This document shows, piece after piece, positions 1 to 11,530 of a stretch of DNA of 64,000 nucleotides; within the stretch, counting starts at the first letter, position 1; the number at the start of each line of letters is the position of its first letter. Source of the DNA: Squalus acanthias (Eukaryota); contig CM059447.1 in the NCBI GenBank assembly GCA_030390025.1, positions 6,572,001 to 6,636,000 of the forward strand, read 5' to 3'. Position numbers and translations under genes: made by a program. The notes below the pieces were generated by a model. That model did not search any database. It saw nothing but the letters and a program-made list of their open reading frames with translations, and was not told the origin of the DNA.

Positions 1-1414
1 TGCAATCTCCCGAGAAACAAAAATCTTCATAGCTAATAAAGTCTCTGTCAGAGTGCAAATCCCAATAGCTCGAGGCCAACTTTACTTGGTCAATTCCTCT
101 GGGAGAAAGGAAGGAAGAGGAAGGAGATCCCTTCCTGCATCGTTCACAGGTGTCTCCACAGGTAAAACCAACCAAGGAGAAGCACACCCGCCATCCATGA
201 ACTGGATTATGAAGCCTGTCGCACTACGAACAACACAGGAGGAGTGGGAGAACAATAGTACAGAAATTTTAAAAATGACTGCGTTTATATAACCCTACAG
301 CCAAAATATTGATTGAAAAGGTTATCAATAGAACAGGTATCCCTACAGGAGATTATGGTGATGTGGGCAATGTGAATTTAAATTTAAAACAGAGATGAGC
401 ATCTTATTCACCACAATAACACTTAAAGTTGCTGCATAAAGTAGCTGAAAACCAATAGAAACTCAAAATCTCTCAATTTCTGCTCATTAGAAATTCAATG
501 GCATTCCCCTTTCAGGAAAGAAAACAATTTCGGCACTAATTAATTTATAAAATAACTCCTCTGGTCTTTACATGTTCACTGACCTAAAGGACCAGGTTTG
601 CAGCAGTCTCTGAACAGAATATTAAGTTGTTTAAACGCGTAACAAGCAGATGACCTAGAAACTTGGATTAAGGAGTGTTGTGTGGCGTGAAGAGGCTCCA
701 CTGTGTGCGATCACCATGTTGTAATTAAAACCCTGAAGTTCAGCCTGAATCTCTTGTGAATTTGTTTGAAACTCAGCTATGAGCAACCTAATCTTCTGTT
801 GGATTTTGTATTAGTGACTCAATAGCTCTGCTGTGCTGATGACAATCATCGAGTTGCTGATACTTTACACAATTGTACTAACTTAATCACTTGAAGACAG
901 CACTAGTGTTTATGGTGCACAATTTTTAAAATTAAAAAATAAGCACAATTTCAATGATTTTACATTTTTTTTTAAATAGCTGCGAGAATATTTGTTAAGG
1001 ATGTTCAAAGCATTCTGTGCTTTTAGTTATGTCTATATTTGGCTGTCTTTGCTTATATAACAGTCAGTGCATTTCAAAGCAATTAGTTTCATGTTACATG
1101 ACAAGATGCTGTATAAATGAAACTCTATCTTTCAGAACCTCATTTTCAGAGATATACTGTCAGATCAGTTGTTCTTTCCACCAGCACATTATAAAATTCT
1201 CAATGCAAGTGTGTATTGAAGTCCTTTCTGTGCGTGCGTAACACACTTTCCACCATGGTTGTCCAGAGCCACAGATAAAATATAATGCCGTAAAAATATA
1301 ATACTGATGTGGGATGCAAGATAACTGAAAAAATTTAAAAACAGTTCAGGCCAGTAGCTTCACGATCACAAAAAGTAGGACTGAGAGCACGCCTACTCAG
1401 TTCTGCCGTATACG

Positions 1415-1632
1415 AAGGGTAGCGGAAATCTTGAACTCTCTCCCCCAAAAAGCTGTTGAAGCTGGGGGTCAATTGAAAATTTCAAAACTGAATGATCGAT
1501 TTTTGTTAGGTAGGGGTATTAAGGGTTACAGAACCAAGGCGGGTCGATGGCGTTAAGATACGGATCAGCCATGATCTAATTGAATGGCAGAACAGGCTCG
1601 ACGGGCTGAATGGCCTCCTCCTGTTCCTATAT
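1415..1632 (+). mobile_element. CR1-clade LINE 3' end fragment
   Basis: Ends in gatcagccatgatctaattgaatggc...ggctgaatggcctcctcctgttcctat, the same tail as the CR1 copy at 40978-41712. Confidence 0.8.
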
Positions 1633-1718
1633 GTTGCCCACTTATCTCTACAAATTGAATTTGATGATCTTGTACTGTTGTAAGGAAAAATACCAAGCCT
1701 GAATTTTAGTGAAATAAT

Positions 1719-1881
1719 GGGGTGAAAATGAACCTGGGTGGGAACACAAAACGGGCGGTAGCGGATTGGTCCGTTATACACCCCGCCTGAAGTCCATGGA
1801 AAGGAAAGTTGGGCGGGGTGTATAACGGATTGCTGATCTGCTACCACCTGTTTTGTGCTCCACCAAAGTTGAAATTTACTT
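1719..1881. mobile_element. Short palindromic MITE-like element
   Basis: Perfect 18-bp inverted arms 1770-1787 / 1812-1829 with imperfect extension outward. Confidence 0.65.
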
Positions 1882-1902
1882 ACAATAAGTGGTTTTAAAT
1901 AC

Positions 1903-2071
1903 CTGTGAGAAACCTGGTACCGCCACACTGTAGGGCCTGGGTTTGAAACTGCTTGAGCTGGACACAGGATGAGAAGTCATTCTTAGAGGTGAGTTGTAGT
2001 CAGGTGGAGGAATGGAGAGATCCTCTTTCTGTAGAAGGTTCCCGGTGCTGCAGCTTTTCGCATGGCTCAAG
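1903..2071 (-). CDS. BAIAP2: IRSp53/BAIAP2-family exon 12 equivalent, PPPDY (WW-binding) region
   Basis: 169 nt, ATATAG / CAG|GTATTT, phase 2 to 0; LSHAKSCSTGNLLQKEDLSIPPPDY...FKPRPYSVAVPGFSQ. Confidence 0.92.
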
Positions 2072-2468
2072 CTATATGCAGCAAAACATGGCAAAATTAA
2101 TACTGGAGAACAGATATGGATCGTACCAGTTAAAACAAGCTTATTCATCAACCAAGTGTATTGATGGCACTTTGCATGGTAGAGTCAGTGAGGAAAACCA
2201 ATGTGCATAACATGTCTGAACCACATGGGGGGTCATCATCAATGCCAAGTTTGACACTGGGCAATCAAAAGCACATTTTCACCAAGAGGCCTGTTGTCGT
2301 GCAAATTGGATCTTTACTTTTACAATTAGGTCAGTTATTAAATCTTCTACAAGATCAGCTCTATACTGTTTTGACGAAAGAAGTGTTTAAATCATTCCCA
2401 TTTCAGATGTACACTACTTACAGGGAGAATTAATTAGCACAATTTGACCACCCCAATGGAAACATTTT

Positions 2469-2722
2469 ACATAGAAACATAGAATCTAGGAGCAGGAGTA
2501 GGCCATTCGGCCCGTCGAGCCTGCTCCACCATTCAATACGATCATGGCTGATCATCCAAATCCAGTACCCTGTCCCTGCTTTAATCCCCACAGTACACAT
2601 ATCCCACCCTACCCCCGTAACCCCACGTATTTAATTCCCCCTAACATATCCCATCCTATCTCCATAACCCCACATATTTAATCCCCCCCTAACACTAAGG
2701 GTCAATTTATCATAGCCAAATT
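2469..2722 (-). mobile_element. 5'-truncated V-SINE (HE1-like) with CR1-derived tail
   Basis: Reverse complement matches the 3' half of the SINE at 46254-46691, including the (CTATGTTT) tail. Confidence 0.85.
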
Positions 2723-4000
2723 TTCTTGCAGGTATCAGTTCCATATTTCTTGAAGTTAACTTTCCTAAAAAAAAATCCACTTTATAACTATTCTGATTCA
2801 TTGAGAAGGATATTTTTCTCAGACAGCTTCTTTGAAGCATTCAGAAAAGAAAATGCACTTCTAAAAATAGGGGATGTTCAATTTGAAAATACAGGATCTA
2901 AAATGACAGCTAATTAACGGGGCTAGGAGCTGATGCCAAAAGCATAGATTTTAGGTCCTCAGGGTGTAAAGGACTGGAAAATGCACTGACAGATCAAGCT
3001 AGGTGCCCCAGCATGAAAAGTGCTCTCTTCAAATCAGGATCAACACCTCCAAGTTCACACAATGCGTGCGTCAAATGTATTCACCCCAATGCCTCAGCAT
3101 GCCTAGTTTTTTCCCTACGGGCATAAAAAGTATTTTTGTCTGAGCATTCGGTACAAGAATACTGTCTCGCCGATTTATAAGAATGTTTGTTTAGGAGGAC
3201 TTCTAAGATGGAAAGAAATCCAAGCATAACCATTAGTGCGATGTCGATTTGAGTGCTGCTTGATGATCAGACTGGGGAACTTGACATCAAGTTAAACTAG
3301 TTGATAAATCCAGCCATGAGAAAAATTCAGTAGATTGGCAAATCAAGCGTGACAAGCATAGCAAAGTGAAATCATAAAAATCACACGTCCAGAAATTTTG
3401 CCAGAGATACAATTAGTCTATAATCTCAGAATTTCATTTACTTCTCTCAGTTTTATTTAAAAATGTAGAAATAACTCTTGAATCCAGCCAAATTAGCCCA
3501 ATTCTCTCCCTGTCTCAATCTACTTGTTTGAATTTGGAGCAAGTAGCCTGGGGACAGTTAACGGTCGACAAGGGTTACAGTACTTTCAATACCATGCGAC
3601 TCCAAGACTTTAGTTCAATGTAATTTCAAGTAATTACATGACACACAAGAGATGTTCATTTATACACTGCCACCAAGTACAGCAAATATGGGCGCAGTTC
3701 AAGCAATCAAACAAAATGGACAGATTCACGAGTCAGCAGGAGTAGAGGAACAGGCTTGGTGCCAAGACAGGAGATGACATTGGTCCAAAAATGGACCTAA
3801 AATGACAGGGAAAGCTGGATGTGTAGAACAACTTTCACCTGCTTCAAGATCGTTATCTTGTAATTCACTGATATCCAGCAACACAAGTTTTTTTTTTAAT
3901 TTTCCAAAATGTTTTCATCAAGGGAGTGGGAAAAAAAACACAGAATTATAAGGCAATTGTTCTTACTGGAAAGAATTTCAGGAACAAATTTCCACAAAAG

Positions 4001-4345
4001 AAACAGCTTTGAAAGGTAGGTGTAGCACCGGAGATGAAATGGCTTTGAAAGGTAGGTGTAACACCGGAGATGAAATGGCTTTGAATGGTAGGTGTAACAC
4101 CCGGAGATGAAATGGCTTTGAAAGGTAGGTGCAACACCGGAGATGAAATGGCTTTGAAAAGGTAGGTGTAGCACCCGGAGATGAAACGGCTTTGAAAGGT
4201 AGATGTAGCACCTGGAGATAAAACGGCTTTGACAGGTAGGTGTAACACCAGAGATGAAACGGCTTTGAAAAGGTAGGTGTAGCACCCGGAGATGAAATGG
4301 TTCTAAACAGTTAGTGTAGCACCTGAGATTAAATAGCTTTAAACA
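4001..4345. repeat. Minisatellite, ~35-37 bp unit, about 9 copies
   Basis: Unit ggctttgaaaggtaggtgtagcaccggagatgaaat with small indels. Confidence 0.95.
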
Positions 4346-5447
4346 GGGGGTCTGGCACTTCAGAAGCAACCATGTTAAAGATAGATAATTTTTTGCAAAT
4401 AATTTGTTGCAAAATCCAGAGCACAAATTACATCTTAATGTCGGTTTTTACATGATCTGAAAAGTTGGGTGGATGCAACTCGTGGCGTGACTGTGTATTT
4501 GGCAGATGGCATAAAAGTTGCAGATGTAACCAGTAAACCAGATTTTATGACTGTGGCTCTGGAGTACTTCATGTAAAATTTAGCTAAACAGATCAACACA
4601 GTCATCGATAGTAATTTAGGTTGAAAGGAGATATCTTGGTTTATTTTCTCCACTGTCATTGAGTCAAAACACATTTCTACTTTATCTCCTACTTGCTGGG
4701 GCTGAAGAAAGTATAAATTGCTTAAGATAGGACATAATAATTGTAACACTAAATTTTTTTTTAAAACAGACACATTCTAGACCAGCTATACAGATTGATT
4801 AACTTGAACAGAGACGGCAGCAGTTATTGGATAACTTTTCGCAAACAGGATAGTTTATCCCTCTTTTTAAGTCTTAAGCTTGTCTTTTGCACTATTAGCA
4901 GTAACTGAGCCAGACTAAGTTGGGGGCAAGACTGAACTGGAAGATTAAATCTTCGAATGTGAATAAATTATTCATCGAATCATTACCGAAGTCTGATAAA
5001 CAACAGGTAAAGTGAGCTGTTGCAATTAACAAGTGCAAGTGTAAAGCTTCATCGTCAGTACTAGTACAAACGTGAATCTTAATTATCAGTGATGATGTTG
5101 GCATGGTGCACTGGAATACTAATGTACTGTGTCATGGAGTGGTCAGATACAAGTGATATATGTGATGGCCCACCGAGAGGCTCAGCAGCACACAGCAAAA
5201 CAGAAGTGGCCTTCCCCAGGAAGGAAAACCAACTTCCACTGCTTTTGTGCTCCTCAAAAGTGGCTCATGACAGAATGGCACTGGTAGAGAAGTAGAAGCA
5301 GGAAGCCTGCTGGGCCACTCAGTGGGACAAACAATGATGCAAAGTATGGGCAAGGCGCAGGCACCAGCAAAAACCTATTTCAGGGTGGGCAGGGGGGAAA
5401 ATCAGCACATCTTCAAAAACATCATTTATTTTTAAAAAGCCACTTAC

Positions 5448-5513
5448 TTGTGCAATCTGTCGTTTATTCCACCCTGCATTACACGAGTGTAAGAGAAGGG
5501 AAACCATCCTCTC
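5448..5513 (-). CDS. BAIAP2: IRSp53/BAIAP2-family exon 11 equivalent, end of SH3
   Basis: 66 nt, TTTCTAG / GTAAGT, phase 2 to 2; RGWFPFSYTRVMQGGINDRLH. Confidence 0.95.
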
Positions 5514-5619
5514 CTAGAAAGAGTGATAGAATTATTGGGTCATATAATCTTACACTGAATAAAAATATCAGGTGTCTCTAATGTCAACAAGAGACAGTCA
5601 AGTTGGTTATGCCATATAA

Positions 5620-6106
5620 GGGTACGATAGTATAGTGGTTATGTTACTGGACTAGTAATCCAGAGGCCTGGACTAATGATCCGGAGACATTAGTTCAAAT
5701 CCCACCACGGCAGCTGGGCAATTTAAATTCAGTTAATTAAATAAAACTGGAATAAAAAGCTAGTATCAGTAATGGTGACCATGAAACTACCATTTTGTTG
5801 TAAAAACCCATCTGGTTCACTAATGTCCTTTAGGGAAGGAAATCTGCCGTCCTTACCCGGCCGGGCCTACATGTGACTCCAGACCCACAGCAATGTGGTT
5901 GACTCTTAATTGCCCTCTGAAATGGCCTCGCAAGCCACTCAGTTGTAACAAACCGCTGCAAAGAAATATAACAGCACTGTGGGAGTACCTTCACCACATG
6001 GACTGCAGCGGCTCACCACCACCACCTTCCCGCGGGCAATTAAGGATGGGCAATAAATTCTGGCCTTGCCAGCGATGCCCACATCCAGTGAATGAATAAA
6101 AAAAAA
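5620..6106 (+). mobile_element. Near full-length tRNA-derived SINE (shark family)
   Basis: A-box-like tagtatagtgg, B-box-like gttcaaatccc, tail gggcaataaa...gaatgaataaaaaaaa; related copies at 6530, 14106, 15855 and tails at 10712, 33310, 45524. Confidence 0.8.
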
Positions 6107-6191
6107 TACTACATACAGGAGAGTTATTTGCCTGGAACAAAGATGAAAGGACCGGAAGAAAATATTAATGCACAGTAACAAGGTTACTTAC

Positions 6192-6393
6192 AGCCGCGTC
6201 TTTTCATTTTCTCCATAATGCCAGCCATCCTTGGCCTCCGGAACCAACAATGTGATGACATCGCCTTCGGTGAAGCTCAGCAGCGTGTTGTTGCCTCCTG
6301 CCTGATGTGAAAAAATAGCTTGTACTTTGGCCCTTCCATTCTTTTCTAGCCCAGCAGCCATAGAGCTGGATCTGGGTAAAGTCCTGTTCTCAG
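6192..6393 (-). CDS. BAIAP2: IRSp53/BAIAP2-family exon 10 equivalent, SH3 domain
   Basis: 202 nt, TATTCAG / GTAAGT, phase 1 to 2; ENRTLPRSSSMAAGLEKNGRAKVQAIFSHQAGGNNTLLSFTEGDVITLLVPEAKDGWHYGENEKTR. Confidence 0.96.
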
Positions 6394-6529
6394 CTGAATA
6401 GTAAGAAAAGGTGATGTCACATAGGGTACATAACAAGGAAAATATATCCCTTATTTGCTAAACCTCATTCACACCGTTTTCCAGTTTCTCCCTGGCATAA
6501 GGATACATTTTTTTTTAAACTCTCGAAAT

Positions 6530-6790
6530 GTATTTATTGCCCATCACTAGTGTGCCTTCTAGGGACGTTAAAAGTAGTAGTGTGGGACTGGAGTCATGTG
6601 TAGGCCAGACCAGATAGGGAGACAAGTTCCCTTGAAGGGCATTAGTGAAGCAGTTAGATTTTTATGACAATCCTACTGCTTTCAATGGCTGGGGCCATCT
6701 GGTGTATGACCAGATTTATTGGATTCAATTTCATATCTTGCTATAGTGGGATTTGAATTCATGACCTCTGGATTGCCAGTACCATAAACA
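6530..6790 (-). mobile_element. Decayed copy of the same SINE family as 5620-6106
   Basis: gtgggactggagtcatgtgtaggccagacc, attagtgaagcag, gtgggatttgaattc match the reverse complement of the 5620 copy. Confidence 0.7.
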
Positions 6791-7948
6791 CAGGGGTGTT
6801 CTGGGATTACAGCATTTCCCACTCCCCATGCCCAAAATTCATTAAAGGTCAAAAAGCAATGGCCAGGAACCAGGAGAGCGAACGTGTCAGTAAATATCAA
6901 GGGTGAGAAAGGGTCTACCATCTAAGGCAACAGTCATCTCTCAAACATTGGAACCCGTGCCAGTGACAACACCCATATATAAAACCAGCCAGCAGCAAAC
7001 TTACTACTTGGAGTGTAGTGAAAGAAAACTGCTGCAGTTGCAGAAGGGAAAGGTATGCAGATGTCCTTAATCCATATTTAATACTACATTCACTACTGTA
7101 CTACATCTTCATTTCCAAGTCTCAATTTAAGTGAAACTTAAAAAAAAAAAGCACTACTAATGCGACCATTCACTTTCCAAACAGCAGCCCTGGCATTGTG
7201 GCATGTACAAACATTACAGCACGGCATCTGTTTTGACCACATCTCCACCCATACCAGCAATGCACAAGATAAACTCCGCACAAGGAACTTTTGCTGAGCG
7301 CAAAGCAAACTGCATTAGTAAATGAGTATCTCTGTTGCAATCCCACACCATGAGGTACTGGCCTGCTTGTCACTTCTAGGATAAACATGTATTTTATCTA
7401 TTTTCTAAACTATTTACCTGATATACATTGAGCGGTCTTTTGGTGAAAAATTGAGATAACAGTATCAGACAATGTCCAGAATGTCAGCTATTGTAAAACA
7501 GTGACTTCAACATGACCACATCACAGTACCGCACAATGGAATGCAGTTATTTATAGAATTGACAGGACCTATTAACAGTAGAGAGGGTTTGAAATGTTAA
7601 TGTTGATATATAACTGGAGTGGGGGATAGTCTTATGTCAGTAAGTAGGAATGCAACTATCACAAGACTGCCTCAACTATTAAGGTGATAGACATTTGCTC
7701 TCCCTGTGTATTAAGGAGGGTAAGGGTTAAGTACATTTCACAACCACTTTGCATCAAGTCCACACCCAGTTAAATACCGGCTCTGACTAAAGAAACATAC
7801 AAGTCAGCGCAGGACTGTTGTCTATAGTATGTTATACCTCTTGTGTTTGAGTGCCATTTACATAATATATACACACACATGCTGATATTACTGCTTGAAT
7901 ATTTGTCCCCATTTTTACTAGTCAATGCCTAGATCAATGGCCACTCAC

Positions 7949-8150
7949 CTAACAAAGGACTGGCTTTCAATGGCATTGCTTTGCGTGTGGGCAGTGTGTT
8001 GGAGTAGACATCATTCTGCTGTCTTGGAAGTTGGGGTGGTGAAGGAGGCTTTGGTTTGACATCAGGCCGGCCAGGGTGCTGATAGTTCACATGATGTGAA
8101 TTTGATAGGTCACCATTAGGCACTAATGAAATGTCCTGGCCCATCATGAG
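7949..8150 (-). CDS. BAIAP2: IRSp53/BAIAP2-family exon 9 equivalent, linker
   Basis: 202 nt, TTTCAG / GTGAGT, phase 0 to 1; contains SPPQ and YSNTLP (human 14-3-3 site T340 context). Confidence 0.9.
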
Positions 8151-8644
8151 CTGAAATGGAAACAGAAAAAAATAATTACTCAGTATCTAACTTTATGAAA
8201 ATAAAAATCAGCTTTTCTGAAAGAGAGTGCATCTTCCATATCTTTGTAGTTGCACAAGGTCAAAATTAGCAGTGTTGCATTATTTCAGTGCTGTATAACA
8301 TTTGTAATCATCAGCCTTCAAGATTTTTCCCTCAATAATAATCCTGCTTATTTGTCAAATACAATAGACTCTCGGTGGAGTTTGACAAGTCAAAAATTTG
8401 CACTGACTGCTTGATCTTTAGTTACCAGTGGCCAAATAATCTGAAAGTTTAGCTTGGATTTTGGTCTTACAAATCTAGTTCATGTTAGATAACTTACTGT
8501 TAACAAGTTATGCAAGTCCTTAGATAAGTTTCCTTTACTGTGACAGCAACATCAAACTGTGTGTAATTAAAAACCTATTTGTTCTCCTATCTCCACTTAT
8601 TTTACCAGCTTTACAAAATTCATACCAAGCGGCTTTTACCAATT

Positions 8645-9190
8645 ACACAGAAATTACAGCAGGGAAACTGGCCATTCAGCCCAACCAGTTGGCGTTTATC
8701 CTCCACACAAGAAGTAGTCTAATCCCATGTGTCTGCCCTCTTCTGATAGCCCTTTATTCCCTTTTCCTTCAACCACCTCGCTAACCTAGTCTTAAATGTT
8801 GATATGGTTTCCATTTCAATCACTAACTCTATTAGTGCATTCCACACCTCACAACCCTTTTAAGAAAAGGTTTCTCCTGCTCGATGTCCTAAAACTCTTA
8901 CTTTTAATTTTATATCTATGTTCCCTTGTTATAGACCATTCAAACAGTCTGTTTGTACCTAGTCTGTCCCATCTTAAAGTTTTAAACACCTTTATCAAAT
9001 CACCTCGTAATCTCCTCTGTGCTAATAAAAACAGACCCAATTTTTCAAGTCCTTCTTTGTATTTGTATTTCCTTATACCAGGCAGCATCCCTAATGAATT
9101 TGTGCTGTACGCTCCATATTGCCTCAACATCCTTCCTGTAGTGTGGAGCCCAAAACTGCACACAGCACTCCAACTGTAATCTTACCATGG
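8645..9190 (-). mobile_element. CR1-clade LINE 3' fragment (decayed ORF2 C-terminus)
   Basis: ORF 8849..9163 reads EGLEKLGLFLLAQRRLRGDLIKVFK, a typical CR1 ORF2 C-terminal motif; tail ggctgaatggcc. Confidence 0.85.
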
Positions 9191-11394
9191 TTTTAAATTG
9201 ATTCACCACTACACTTGGCATTGTGTTCTTCTTGCTATGAAGGTGAATCTAAAACTAAACTGGCTTGCTATTATTTAATAATTGTTTACATCAGAAGGAG
9301 CATATAGAATGATTGAAGGAGAATGAATGGAATTCAATTCTTTATACAAGAATGAGAATAAAGACTAGTTGGTTATATTCAAACAATTTAGAGCCCATAG
9401 GTACAACTAAAAGTTAGTGAATCTAAGGAATATCACAATATTAGTTTCTCTACAAAGAGTTTTGCATTGCTTAACGGGCCAGGGATGTTGGTCATTATAA
9501 TAATGAGTCAACCACAACATGATCAGCAGTTATTCTACAATATACTCTCATTGCCCATCAGCTAATTGCAAAACACCAACTAGGTGCTAGGGACATGCAA
9601 TTAGACAGAAATTAGCTCTACTTAATTCAAAAAAATAAATGTTTAGTCAGATTTTCATCTGCATTAAAACGGAAATTTTATTCAATAGCTCAAATTTAGT
9701 GGCGGTAGAATGGACAAGGTTGCTGCCTCTAAGTAACCTTAGATATGCAATATAGCTAAGACAAAATCAAGCTACTTATTAAATCTAAAGACATTTTCAG
9801 AATACCAAAGCACTGAGAGAGCAAAATCAGCTAACATAAATTAGACAAAAATTAATTAAATCTTGAAAGAAATCAACAGATACAAGTACTCCTACTGAAA
9901 TGGGTGCAAAGATTTTCAATTATGGTGTGAGTAACTGGTCTGTCTGTTCCAGTCTTACTGGGGAGAGATCAATGGAAATCACTGTTTAGATGGACAGTGA
10001 GTGACAACTTCAATTCATGCTCGCATTAGAATTTTAAAAAGAAGTATGCATGAAGTGTACATATTGCAAATTAATAAATCTGCTGCAAATCCCCCTGCAG
10101 AGTGTGTAGCACCATGCAATTACTTCCCAGACAGGGTTTGGGTCACAAATTGCTTGACATCTGTTGTCATTGCTACTCAATGATTAGCTGTTGGGAGGCA
10201 TCATTCATATAGGATGAAGCCAGTTATTTCCCTTCCTGCAGTGATAAAGAAGCACTTGATAACATTGCTGGGCTAGGCCAACTGAAAATCGACAAGACTT
10301 ACCAAGCAAGGCTCGTGAGTTCAAATAAAAGACAGATCATAACCTTCTGTTCAGACGTGAAGTCTTCTATTATTAGAGCTATTAGGGTACCCTACATCCA
10401 TAAGGACACAAGGCAGTAATGGTGAAAGGATGAAAGGCTCACCTAGGTACCTGTTATTTAAGTCCAGGTTCAAAATGAGCACAGACCATAAATCTCATTA
10501 TTGGAGCTGCACTAAATTTCTATATATAGCTTAAACAGTGGAGCACTCTTGAATTGTATCCAAAGCCTTTTTCATGGGAAACCATACAATAAGTCTACGT
10601 ATTGACTTTGGTGCAATTCCATGAAAGATTTGAAGAAATACAACACCAGTTAAATCCATTTGGAAATGATCCAAACCTTTTCTTTTTTTTTTAAAAAAAA
10701 GGAATTACCTGTTTTTTTAATTCATTCACGGGATGTGGGTGTCACTGGCAAGGCCAGTATTTATTGCCCACCCCTAATAGAGCCACTAGCATTTACACAA
10801 AAGTTTAGTGGGGAAGCACACTAAAATATATCTGCACTTTACATCATTTGCAAGTGACTGAAACAATCAATGAACTGATGGATGTCTATAATACATTGCC
10901 CGATCCCAGTTTGCACTGGTTACAGTTAACTATACAGTTAACTATATAGGGTTTTTAATCACAGTTGTTTAACATTTACTTTTCTCAGAAAATTAATATA
11001 GCTTACAGCCAGTAATGACTGCGCTGTAACTACTTTTAGTAGATAATTACGCATACATGAATACACCTATTTGTATCTTATAAAATAATTAATTTTAGAT
11101 TCATCTTAAACAGAATGCCATTCATTCTAAAAAATCATTTTTATTAAAAAACCGATGGTTATCAACACCTCAAGCAGAATCCAATATTTAAACTGGCATC
11201 ATTATGCTACTTGAATAACTCCTTTTCATTGTTTGAAATTCATGTGTCTCTGAAGTCAAGGGAGCACATTTCTCAGCTGCACTCAATTAGAATAGTTTTT
11301 GGCTCCACACACTGCAATATAATAAAAGGCATTACCAGATGGGAACTTTATCTCAGTGTACCGTTTCAATACCAAAAGAGGTTTTAAAAAAAAG

Positions 11395-11530
11395 TAAAAT
11401 ACTGCAGATGCTGGAATTCTGAAAACAAATACAGAAAAAACTGGAAATACTTAGCAGGTCAGGCAGCATCGGTGGAGAAACAGAAGCCAGTCAGTCAGCA
11501 TTTCAGGTCCAAAGACCCTTACGCAGAAGG
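11395..11530 (-). mobile_element. Penelope-like terminal-repeat fragment with degenerate hammerhead core
   Basis: Reverse complement of the repeat at 17647-17750 (gatgctgcctgacctgctaagtatttccag). Confidence 0.6.

Noticed and set aside
788-856. Possible exon 13 (QLDDCHQHSRAIE..., resembling GLDDYG)
   Set aside because: No pyrimidine tract before the AG and no credible donor; three-residue match is likely chance
4001-4345. CRISPR-like ~36-bp periodicity
   Set aside because: Units are contiguous with no unique spacers, and the context is a vertebrate intron
3896-4426. Longest ORFs in the track (176, 100, 77 aa)
   Set aside because: Translations of the minisatellite; no splice or homology support
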